A DNA stretch of 64,000 nucleotides from Candidatus Kerfeldbacteria bacterium (GTDB taxonomy: Bacteria > Patescibacteriota > Patescibacteriia > SBBC01 > CAIJZX01): the NCBI GenBank assembly GCA_903825245.1, contig CAIJZX010000016.1:2100-66099 (forward strand), read 5' to 3'. Made by a program: the position numbers and the translations under genes. Of the stretch, positions 50,133 to 58,873 are shown piece by piece. The notes under the pieces were generated by a model that did no database searches, had not been told where the DNA came from, and worked only from the letters and a program-made list of their open reading frames with translations. The stretch's first letter is position 1. The number at the start of each line of letters is the position of its first letter.

Positions 50133-51275
50133 ATGAGAATCGGTATTGACGCCAGATTTTTTGGACCTTTAGAGACCGGCATCGGTCGGTACGTTGAGCG
50201 TCTCGTAACACACCTTTCAGAAATCGATCAGAAAAACGAGTATGTTTTGTTTTTGCGGAAGCGCGGGTATGACTGGTGGCAACCACCCAATGAACGGTGG
50301 AGTAAAGTCTTGGCCGATATCCATTGGTATACGCTCGAAGAACAACGAAGGATGCCCGGTATTTTTCGGCGAGCACATGTCGATGTTCTCCATATTCCGC
50401 ATTTCAATGTGCCGCTGCTGACGCGCAGTCCGTTTATCGTGACGGTTCACGATCTTATACTCGATGAATTTCCCACCGAACGGGCGACGACGCTTGAGCC
50501 GTTGTTATTCGCTCTAAAATTTCGCGCCTACCAAGCGGTTGTTCGCCATGCCGTACGTGATAGCAAAGCGATTATCTCTGTATCGAACTATAGTAAAGAT
50601 CAGTTGATTTCCAGATTCCATATTGCTCCAGAAAAAGTAGAAGTGACCTATGAGTCGGTTGATCCGTTACCAACGTCAGTACCATTTCAAACATTAGCTG
50701 AACACGGCGTCCAGCAACCATACTTACTCCATGTTGGCAATGCTTACCCACACAAAAACCTAGAACGTTTGGTCGAAGCGGTGACGATTGCCAATAAACG
50801 GAATATGACGTTTCAGTTAGTAATGGTTGGAAAAGACGATTACTTCTCCCGTCGTTTACGTGCCAATGTAGAAAAACGCGGTCTGAAAAATATAGTATTC
50901 TATGGATTTGCTTCCGATCAGGAATTAGCTGCACTCTATCAGCACGCCCAAGCATATATTTTTCCATCACTATCGGAAGGATTCGGTTTACCTGGATTAG
51001 AGGCCATGCAGGCAAACACACCGGTTTTCGCCGCCAACGCCTCGTGTCTTCCGGAAGTGTTCGGAGAAGCAGCCTCGTATTTCGACCCGCGCGATACGAC
51101 GTCCATGGCCCAGTCGATAGAATCCGCGCTTCGTGATACACTACTTCGGCAACGACTCGTCGCCGCCGGGCACGAAGTGCTGAATAAATATTCCTGGCGA
51201 CGCATGGCTGAAGAAACCTTAGCCGTGTACGAACGATTCGATCCACATGCCAAAAACACACCAACCACGACCTGA
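50133..51275 (+). CDS. Glycosyltransferase family 4
   Basis: 'MRIGIDAR', 'GIGRY', 'VTVHDL', 'PHKNL', 'FPSLSEGFGLPGLEAM'. Confidence 0.93.
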   Translation: MRIGIDARFFGPLETGIGRYVERLVTHLSEIDQKNEYVLFLRKRGYDWWQPPNERWSKVLADIHWYTLEEQRRMPGIFRRAHVDVLHIPHFNVPLLTRSPFIVTVHDLILDEFPTERATTLEPLLFALKFRAYQAVVRHAVRDSKAIISVSNYSKDQLISRFHIAPEKVEVTYESVDPLPTSVPFQTLAEHGVQQPYLLHVGNAYPHKNLERLVEAVTIANKRNMTFQLVMVGKDDYFSRRLRANVEKRGLKNIVFYGFASDQELAALYQHAQAYIFPSLSEGFGLPGLEAMQANTPVFAANASCLPEVFGEAASYFDPRDTTSMAQSIESALRDTLLRQRLVAAGHEVLNKYSWRRMAEETLAVYERFDPHAKNTPTTT

Positions 51276-53382
51276 TCCAAACATCCTCGACCTGAGAAAA
51301 CTTGTGGCCGAGCGGCAAGCCGCTTCAGCCGAACCACAACACCGCTGGTCGCACAAACAACCGAAACAGAAGTCCGTTCTCCAGGAATTTCATCGTCCGC
51401 CGACGCCACCGCGCGATTGGACGATGTTTCGTCGTGAACTCTTAAAGTTCGGCGCGGTTTTAGTCGTGGTCGGTTGTATCAGCGGAATTGTGGTGATGGT
51501 GACATCGGTGACTAACGCCAAAACGAAAGTCACGAATGACGCAAAATCTGGCGTCACAGAATTGCAAGCCGGCTTTACTGCCCTCGGTCAATCGCAATCT
51601 GACGAAGCGACGAAACATTTTACAAAGGCCCAATCATTATTCAATCAAGCCAACGCCACCCTGACCGATACGCTTCCGGGGTTTGCTGAGCACTTGCCGG
51701 TCGTCGGCAAGCAAGTCAGCGGCAGCACCACGCTCGTGCACGATGCCGGCGAGATTGCGTCAATCGGCAAACAACTGGCCGAGTTATTACCGACCGATGC
51801 GCTGAAACAACCGGCGGTGACGATTCAATCCAACGGCGTCGTCCAAGGTTCAATCGGCGTTCTGGCATCACTCTCGACGAAGCACGATGAATTGCTGACC
51901 ATCGTCAATCAAGCGAAAAGCGTGCTCAATGATATCCGCACCGTCAGTCCAGATGCTATTCCGTCAGCCTACCGTGAACGATTTATTTCCGCTCAGCGCA
52001 TTCTCAACGGCTTTGTGCCGACATCGGCGTCGCTGGACGACATGACGACATTTTTGCTAGGACTGCTCGCGCCGAAAGAATCGAAAGAATACCTGGTCGT
52101 GTTCCAAAACAATGACGAAATCCGACCGACGGGCGGTTTCTTAGGAACATTTCTTCTCGTCCAATTCGAAGGCGGCACATTTAAAATTCTTGACGCGCCG
52201 GGAAACGGACCATTCGCTTTGTCCGACCTGATCGCGAAGAAAAACCTGCCGCCGCAACCGTTACTGTCCATTGTTCCGTACTGGACATTCCACGATTCGA
52301 ATTGGTTCCTCGATGCACCAACCTCAGCCAAGACGATGATTGATTTCTATAAACAAGATCGCGGCTTCGCGCCGGACGGTGTCCTGTTCTTAACGCCAGG
52401 TATTATGGAAGATATCTTACGCATTACCGGTCCGGTTCGACCGGAGCACTATGCGGTTGATATATCCGCGGAAAACTTTGTGGCGGCGACAGAACAACAG
52501 GTACAATTCGGGTACGATAAGGCGCTGAATAATCCGAAGCAATTCCTCATTGATCTCGTGCCGACGATGATTACGAAACTCTCAACACTTGGTACGCCGG
52601 ACGCGTTGAAAGCGATGGCGATGACACTGAAGCGCTTCAATCAAAACGACATTATGGTCTACAGTTCGGACAAGGATGTCCAAAATGCTGTGGCGACGTT
52701 AGGATGGGATGGTGCACTGAACTCGCTAACGGGCGACGGCCTTGCAGTCGTCGATACAAATCTTGGTGGCGGAAAAACCGATCGTTCGATTACGGAAAAG
52801 GTGACAGTCAATGTCACGTTGCAAAATGGATTACTCCAACACCAAGTTCAAGTCACACGAACGCATCACGGTACAGCAGGGAACATCTTGACCGGTGATA
52901 CAAATCGTGATTTCCTCCGCATCTACACACCGTCGAATGCGCAGTTTACGAGTATTACCGGCGCGACGATTCCGAATGCGTCATGGTGGCAAACGCCGTC
53001 GAGCGTCGCGTCGATGCCGAATATTTTGCAAACAACTGAAGGACAGACGCTCGTCGATCAAGCCAACGGCTACCGCATCACGCACGAAAGCGGTCGAATG
53101 GTATTCGGCGCGTGGAGTCAGATTGCGCCCGGACAATCACAAACCATTACTTTTACCTATACGACACCAGCGCCGACCGGCGACAATACTACCTGGAACT
53201 TCGATTGGCAACATCAACCGGGCGCGGTCCCGGCACGCACCTGGATCGTCAATTTTTCCTTGCCATCAGGTAAAACCATTACGTCAACCAGCTCGACTGC
53301 GGCTATCAGCAATGGAAAAAAGAACGCTTCGTTCACGAGCGATTCAACGATTTCCCGCGAATTCTCGGTGAACTATAAGTAA
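51247..53382 (+). CDS. DUF4012 domain membrane protein
   Basis: TM then 'YLVVFQNNDEIRPTGGFLG', 'DSNWF.D.PTSA', 'DGV', 'NLGGGKTD', 'FLRIYTP'. Confidence 0.85.
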   Translation: MPKTHQPRPDPNILDLRKLVAERQAASAEPQHRWSHKQPKQKSVLQEFHRPPTPPRDWTMFRRELLKFGAVLVVVGCISGIVVMVTSVTNAKTKVTNDAKSGVTELQAGFTALGQSQSDEATKHFTKAQSLFNQANATLTDTLPGFAEHLPVVGKQVSGSTTLVHDAGEIASIGKQLAELLPTDALKQPAVTIQSNGVVQGSIGVLASLSTKHDELLTIVNQAKSVLNDIRTVSPDAIPSAYRERFISAQRILNGFVPTSASLDDMTTFLLGLLAPKESKEYLVVFQNNDEIRPTGGFLGTFLLVQFEGGTFKILDAPGNGPFALSDLIAKKNLPPQPLLSIVPYWTFHDSNWFLDAPTSAKTMIDFYKQDRGFAPDGVLFLTPGIMEDILRITGPVRPEHYAVDISAENFVAATEQQVQFGYDKALNNPKQFLIDLVPTMITKLSTLGTPDALKAMAMTLKRFNQNDIMVYSSDKDVQNAVATLGWDGALNSLTGDGLAVVDTNLGGGKTDRSITEKVTVNVTLQNGLLQHQVQVTRTHHGTAGNILTGDTNRDFLRIYTPSNAQFTSITGATIPNASWWQTPSSVASMPNILQTTEGQTLVDQANGYRITHESGRMVFGAWSQIAPGQSQTITFTYTTPAPTGDNTTWNFDWQHQPGAVPARTWIVNFSLPSGKTITSTSSTAAISNGKKNASFTSDSTISREFSVNYK

Positions 53383-53408
53383 GACAACGGGATAAGCAAA
53401 ACGACGAC

Positions 53409-53603
53409 ACCTACCTCCCCACGGTTTAGACAATATTTGTGGCGTTCTTTGTATTCAACAAGGTATGTATGCAGAGGAATCCTGTCTGCAACCCCTCCTT
53501 CCAGCGCACTGGAAGGAGGGGTGTTGACGACAAAGCTGTGCATGACGTTCTTGATGACAGCAATTTTACGTCCAAAAATGATGAAAACGACGGGGAGGTA
53601 GGC
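53409..53603. repeat. Multi-hairpin palindromic element (REP/MITE-like)
   Basis: Terminal inverted repeats CCTACCTCCCC...GGGGAGGTAGG enclosing CCCCTCCTTCCAG..CTGGAAGGAGGGG and other stems. Confidence 0.45.
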
Positions 53604-53679
53604 GCTTTCAAAGTGCTATTTATCCACACCTTTTTACCCTAATCTTAGGGAAAATCCAACCTTGCGGTCGGAGGCGGTA

Positions 53680-53708
53680 TTGACATTTTCGGAGGCGGGG
53701 AGTATCAT
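53680..53708 (+). promoter_or_regulatory. Sigma70-type promoter
   Basis: TTGACA-N17-TATCAT, followed by boxA-like GCACCTTCCAAT at 53728. Confidence 0.75.
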
Positions 53709-53714
53709 GCTTAG

Positions 53715-54246
53715 TCAACTTAAAAAAGCACCTTCCAATCTCGGTCCGAATTGCCAGGAGTTGTGTCGATATAAGTCGCTACAACCCCTGGCGATTCATT
53801 GCAGTCGGTTGGCCACCGAGCGTGTCTCGCACTAGGGGAAGTTACAAGTAACTTCAGCGAAGCGGTAGTACGCAACACGACGCGGTGGAACAAACAGACT
53901 GTAGCACTCGGAGCACTCGCTGGTGGAACACCCGCAGCACACTGGTTGCACCGAAGCACTCCGGAAGTACCGATTCACCGCGCGGTGGTCGGAGAAGTCC
54001 GATACGTAAACCTGACCGCAGTACCTAGCAGTACGTGGCAGAACGGTGGGGGAGTTGAAAGACGTTTCATCTCTCCCACCCCATTTCCCGAATACATCTC
54101 AAGTGAGGTGTCGTCAGGAAAGGATGCACCATACAATTCATGTCAGAACAATCGTTGAGGAGCGAAAGTTCGACATAACAAACTGTTCATCCATAAAGGG
54201 TGAGGTCTGTTGTCGACGCGCGTCCACAACAAGCCTCACCTTTTTT
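53715..54246 (+). ncRNA. Putative ~530-nt structured non-coding RNA or leader
   Basis: Bounded by a promoter and a terminator-like hairpin; many stems with G-U pairs on the plus strand; 8 AGYAC motifs in 53867-54034; no SD-led ORF. Confidence 0.5.
54197..54246 (+). terminator. Terminator or attenuator hairpin
   Basis: GGTGAGG..TGTTGT..ACAACA..CCTCACC followed by TTTTTT. Confidence 0.65.
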
Positions 54247-54393
54247 GTTTGGCCCTCCCCTTGATAAGGGGAGGTGAAGGAGGGGTGAGGAGGACAGGCA
54301 CCGCGGCCAGCCGCCGTGTGTTGTTGGTTGCGGAACCTGTCCTGACGAAACGAAGGTTGATCTCTAACGCGCTAAAAGCGCACGGAGAATACC

Positions 54394-54747
54394 ATGTTCA
54401 ATACGTTCGTCGTTGTGGCACTGATCTGCCTCATCATCTGGAACCTGATCCAGCGCAACCAGATCAAGCATCAGGAAATGGTCATCGAACGCATCAAGCA
54501 CAACTCGGCGGCGTTCGAGATTCGAACGATGGCCATCGACTACTACCGCGAACACGGCACTTGGCCGACCATCAAGGAACTCCGAGTGGATCGTGACATG
54601 GACAGTCTCGAGTGTACGCTCTGGGCAGACTGGCAGATCAAGGCCAGGTTCGAGAAGAACTATACCAAGCAGTGGCTTCTCGAGATCTGGATCCCAGGTG
54701 CGAATGTCTGCCGCATCTTTCACACCGGTATTCGCACTGCCGCGTGA
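54394..54747 (+). CDS. Small N-terminal TM protein (weakly pilin-like)
   Basis: GGAG SD, hydrophobic N-terminus, 'AIDYYREHGTWP' resembles the pilin helix end. Confidence 0.6.
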   Translation: MFNTFVVVALICLIIWNLIQRNQIKHQEMVIERIKHNSAAFEIRTMAIDYYREHGTWPTIKELRVDRDMDSLECTLWADWQIKARFEKNYTKQWLLEIWIPGANVCRIFHTGIRTAA

Positions 54748-54891
54748 GCAGCACCTTCTACACCGCAACACAAGTTACGGTGAAGGCTATGACTACGGTC
54801 TGGCCTCTCACTCGAACGCTTCAGCTTTAGTTGGAGAGTTCAAGTGAGGATAGTCAGTAGCCAGCACCGTCACATTCGAAAGGAGTCAGTC

Positions 54892-55221
54892 ATGTCCTCT
54901 GCTGTGAAGCAGGAGAAGGACTACACCACGTGCCTTCGGCTGCACGTGTACGAGGTTCCGGCCGAGAGCGAGATCGCTAAGATCGCTTCTCGGACCATCA
55001 TCCACGCCGTTCCCGAGGACAAGTGCCTGGCCTGCATCAACGAACGACTGCACGACCTCCGGCACGACGCTGAGTTGGACGATCTGTGCCCAATCGATCC
55101 TGATCAGCCGAACGGCTGGGCACTCGACGCGGACGATGCCGAGAAGCAGTACGAGGACGTCCGACGTCTGTACGTGACTGAAGTGGACCACGAGTACCGA
55201 CTCATGCCGGATCTCAGCTAG
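54892..55221 (+). CDS. Hypothetical acidic protein
   Basis: AAAGGAG SD, strong C/G third-position bias. Confidence 0.68.
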   Translation: MSSAVKQEKDYTTCLRLHVYEVPAESEIAKIASRTIIHAVPEDKCLACINERLHDLRHDAELDDLCPIDPDQPNGWALDADDAEKQYEDVRRLYVTEVDHEYRLMPDLS

Positions 55222-55291
55222 AGCAACAAGAACAAGGCCGTGAGCGGATATCGTTCACACGAGTAAGGAGCCTATATACAATCCTTACTCA

Positions 55292-55342
55292 GCTGTCTTC
55301 CGATGTGTATCGGAACTGATGAGCTCGAAAGAGCGAAACAGC
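55292..55342 (+). ncRNA. Type III hammerhead ribozyme
   Basis: GCTGT-C | TTCCGAT-gtgt-ATCGGAA | CTGATGA | GCTC-gaaa-GAGC | GAA-ACAGC: all core nucleotides and three perfect stems; GUC cleavage after 55297. Confidence 0.9.
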
Positions 55343-55622
55343 ATAGAAGTACATTACATATATTCGAAGAACGCACAGGGAGGGGAGAGCACTCGTTGTC
55401 GGACGGCCACAAGCATGGACGACACGAGCCGCGGTCAAGCAGTAGTCAAGGAGGTTTCGACTTCCGACACCATTGCAAGACAGCATATGACGATAGGGTG
55501 AGCTTGTCTCACCACAACTACCGTTCGCTTGCCTCCCGATGTGTTCTTCGAACATTCCGGTCACCACGACCGAACCCGACCGTGCACGGGTTGACAATGC
55601 GCGGACTGCCAAGGAGGCGCAG

Positions 55623-55787
55623 ATGTGCATGTCGCATGAGCTGGCCAGCCGCATTGCGGAACTTCATCTTCATGGTCGGGCTGACCATCTTCCTCAAGAA
55701 ACGGTCAGCCACGCACTGGAACTGGCGTACGGTGGCAACGCACCGAAGCCGCTCTCCTGCGAGATCGACAACGCCCAGGCCGCGTAG
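55623..55787 (+). CDS. Small hypothetical protein (54 aa)
   Basis: AAGGAGG SD before ATG 55623. Confidence 0.55.
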   Translation: MCMSHELASRIAELHLHGRADHLPQETVSHALELAYGGNAPKPLSCEIDNAQAA

Positions 55788-55972
55788 CGGCACGTAACAA
55801 AGTACCTCGGGGTCAACGTTTTCCATACGTTGACTCCGAGCCCTTACTCGAGCATTCCTATCAATTGGATGACGGAAGTCCCAAGCGACGAAATGCTCAA
55901 GTAAGACCAACGACAAACATCAATGCTTGACATATCAAGTACCACTCAACCATCACCACGGAGGGCAAAATC

Positions 55973-56137
55973 ATGTTCCCGTATGCCTTGGCTACCGTGC
56001 TGTTGGTGCTGACGATTTCGGTCGGCATCGCACTGATCAAGAGGCAGAAGTCGCTGTCGGGTCCTTCGAACGAGAACGCACTCGCGTCGAAGCATCCGGA
56101 GTTCAAGAACTTCAACCGCCGCAGTCGCATTCGCTAA
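55973..56137 (+). CDS. Small single-TM protein (54 aa, MFPYALATVLLVLTISVGIALIKRQK...)
   Basis: GGAGG SD, TM followed by a basic tail; below the ORF-track cutoff, translated by hand. Confidence 0.6.
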   Translation: MFPYALATVLLVLTISVGIALIKRQKSLSGPSNENALASKHPEFKNFNRRSRIR

Positions 56138-56183
56138 CGATCGTCGGTCACATCCAACAACACTTCCAACCGGAGGTACTGTC

Positions 56184-56612
56184 ATGAAGCAGGCTCTGCT
56201 GGATCAGATCAAGGCGATGGAGCAGTACGTCACCAACGTGTTGGGTCCGAAGTTCCTTCTGGACAGCGCGGCTCACGAGGCCGAGCTGAACGAGTTCCTC
56301 GGTACGGTCAATTTCCAGCGCGGTGGTCGGCTCGGTCTGCTGTACGACGAGCGTGATCTCGAGCTGTGGACCGAACGGCTGCTGGAGAAGCCGATGACCA
56401 CGAACGTCACGATCGGTACGTCCGACATCAAGTTCCTCGGCACCGAGCACACGGCCAAGCGGAGCCGCACCTGCAAGGGCAAGCGGTTCAAGAACAAGCC
56501 GCGTGAGCAGCACCGTCCGAAGCCCCAGCCGGCGAAGGACAAGAACGAGTTCAAGAAGGAGATGGAGAAGCAGCAGCGGACCAAGAAGCGCGGCCACCAG
56601 CAGGCCGCCTAG
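56184..56612 (+). CDS. Hypothetical protein with highly basic C-terminus
   Basis: GGAGGT SD, strong codon bias. Confidence 0.7.
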   Translation: MKQALLDQIKAMEQYVTNVLGPKFLLDSAAHEAELNEFLGTVNFQRGGRLGLLYDERDLELWTERLLEKPMTTNVTIGTSDIKFLGTEHTAKRSRTCKGKRFKNKPREQHRPKPQPAKDKNEFKKEMEKQQRTKKRGHQQAA

Positions 56613-56885
56613 TTTCCAAGCGCCTATCCTTCAACGCCACCCAATTCGTGGGACGAAGAACCGCGGATGTGGGAACAAGAAAGGTGGTGAGTACGATTCG
56701 ATTATGTACCTTCTGAAGCAAAAAAATCAGAACAGCGCGTGACAACGTTGCTGTTCGGGAGAGAAGCTCGATCTTCTCTCCTCCTGTCCGAGTTGACGAC
56801 AACGTCGTCGATTCAGACAGGGGTACCTCAGTATTCCGCAGTCGCTCTTGAAAACTTGTTACTCACTTCCATACCGGAGGTTACC

Positions 56886-57266
56886 ATGCTGCGCACGCTG
56901 TTGCTAGCAACTTGCTTGGTGGTTCTCGGCATGATGTCAACGTCGTGTATCACCGAACCCCAGAATCCGAACCTCGCATGTCTGGTCGGTGTCCACAACC
57001 TCACGAACCAGCCGGCGGCGAAAGTCGTCATTGACGGCGCAGTGGTGATGCGGAACCTTCGTCCCTACGAAGAATGGGTGCTTTCCGGAACCTACATGAC
57101 CGGCTCGTACCATACCTTCGAGGTCTTCACCACGGACACGATCACATCGTCGATTCGATGTAACTTCAGTGTTCCGTGGCATGTCCGCTATACGTGTGCA
57201 AGCACGGCGGTTGCGGTGTATATCGCCGTCAATCCGACCAACGGCGACTACCGCATAAGTGAGTAA
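56886..57266 (+). CDS. Probable lipoprotein
   Basis: GGAGGT SD; MLRTLLLATCLVVLGMMSTS-C signal with lipobox-like Cys; beta-rich mature part. Confidence 0.6.
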   Translation: MLRTLLLATCLVVLGMMSTSCITEPQNPNLACLVGVHNLTNQPAAKVVIDGAVVMRNLRPYEEWVLSGTYMTGSYHTFEVFTTDTITSSIRCNFSVPWHVRYTCASTAVAVYIAVNPTNGDYRISE

Positions 57267-57435
57267 GCCCAAAGGGGAACGCGGACATGGAATGCTCATG
57301 TTGCGTTCCCTGCTTCACTTGAGTTATGCATCACGTATGAATGACTCAAGCGAAGATGCACCTTACATATTGCTCTGAAATTTACAACGTTTTTAACGTT
57401 GTTGTTGCAATTCACCCCAGCAAACGGAGAAGCCG

Positions 57436-58038
57436 ATGAAAGGCATGATGCTGATGATGCTGTGTGTCCTGATGTTCGCCTCGGCGGCAACCGCGCAGAC
57501 GACGGAAACCATCCACCCGACGACCAGTATTGTCTCGGTCTGGAACGAGTACCAGACGACTGATGGTGGCTTGGACAATTTCAATGTCTGGGCCAACGTT
57601 TGGCCGAGCGATGGGAAGTTCGGGTTCTACCTGTACACGCAGGGTGCTCAGCCTTCGTTCACGCAGACGTACGGCGGTCCGGCTGTTCGCATGTTCGACG
57701 GTCAGTTCGAACTCGGCGCTGGACTCGGTGTCGAGAACGTCGACGGCAACGTCGGTCTGCGGCGATCTGTGTACGGCATCGTCACCCACCAGAAGTTCTC
57801 GAGTGCCAACTGGTACGAGAGCTCCAGGAACAGTGGGTGGTGGTTCCTGACCCAGGACATGTACTCGGTCACGCCGACGCTCGAAGCCGGTTACCGTCTG
57901 CAGCGTTTCCTCGGTGGCGGTCCCATGGTCCGCTATACCGCAACGTTCAAGAACTGGGCGTTCCAGCCTTACGGCGCGGCGCTATACGACGGCGATCGTT
58001 TGAACCCGATCCTCGGGTTCTCGATGACGCACAAGTAG
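57436..58038 (+). CDS. Secreted protein resembling a small outer-membrane beta-barrel
   Basis: Signal peptide ending ATA-Q; alternating aromatic/Gly strands (KFGFYLYTQ, QFELGAGLGVE, TLEAGYRLQ, ILGFSMTHK). Confidence 0.6.
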   Translation: MKGMMLMMLCVLMFASAATAQTTETIHPTTSIVSVWNEYQTTDGGLDNFNVWANVWPSDGKFGFYLYTQGAQPSFTQTYGGPAVRMFDGQFELGAGLGVENVDGNVGLRRSVYGIVTHQKFSSANWYESSRNSGWWFLTQDMYSVTPTLEAGYRLQRFLGGGPMVRYTATFKNWAFQPYGAALYDGDRLNPILGFSMTHK

Positions 58039-58205
58039 TTCAGAGCAATACAGGGCAGGGCATCATGAAGCTATGATGTTCCTGCCCGCTTCACTTGAGT
58101 GCTGAAAAAAATCAACATTCAAGCGAAGCTCAGTCGAAAGATTGCGCTTCCGATCCTTACAACTTGCTACAAGTTACACAATACCTCAACCACGGAAGGG
58201 AAGCT

Positions 58206-58859
58206 ATGCGCTTCGTTTCTGATGCAGACCGTAAGGAGCTTGAGGCCTTGATGTTGGCCGACCTCTATTACATCCAGGCACAGGAAGACAACCAGCGCTG
58301 GTATGAAGCACTGGGGAGCACTCAGTCCGAGCAGGACATGCTGGGCACTGTCAATCGCGTCACCAACATGATCGGCAGCGAAACCGCTGACGAGCTCGAC
58401 GATCTGTACGAGTTGAGCAGGATGGTCGAGAGCAACGACGACACCATCGTTTACATCGACGAACGCCACCAGCTCGGCTTCGCTCTGTACTATCGTCGGG
58501 TCAAGTTCATCCACGGCCTGCCGGTCATGACGAAGCGCCAGCGCCATCCGTATGACGGTTCGTGCCGCTACGCCAAGCTCCATCACGACAACAAGATGTA
58601 TGATCGCGAGCGTAAGCTCGAGCATCTCCGCCGCTGGCAGCCCGAAGATCTCGACGAGGTAAATGACCACGACGAGGATTCGGACATTCTTTCGGCAGGC
58701 GAGCTCGTCGCCGAAGACCTGCGCGAACGTGAACGTGATTGGGCGATCGACGAACTCATCGGCAGTGGCGCGGAGTATTACGACGATGAATTCGAAGATG
58801 ACGAGACCGGCCCATACGTCGGTTACGGCAAAAATCGTTCGTACCACACCAACCCGTAA
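58206..58859 (+). CDS. Hypothetical acidic protein
   Basis: Purine-rich SD-like GGAAGGGA, D/E-rich C-terminus. Confidence 0.65.
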   Translation: MRFVSDADRKELEALMLADLYYIQAQEDNQRWYEALGSTQSEQDMLGTVNRVTNMIGSETADELDDLYELSRMVESNDDTIVYIDERHQLGFALYYRRVKFIHGLPVMTKRQRHPYDGSCRYAKLHHDNKMYDRERKLEHLRRWQPEDLDEVNDHDEDSDILSAGELVAEDLRERERDWAIDELIGSGAEYYDDEFEDDETGPYVGYGKNRSYHTNP

Positions 58860-58873
58860 GAAAAGGGGATCAC

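Noticed and set aside
53799-54158. 119-aa ORF in the putative ncRNA
   Set aside because: TTG start, no SD, lacks the codon bias of neighbouring genes; the region is dominated by RNA stems
54335-54356. CTGACGAAACGAA resembling a hammerhead core
   Set aside because: No stem II or stem III can be formed around it
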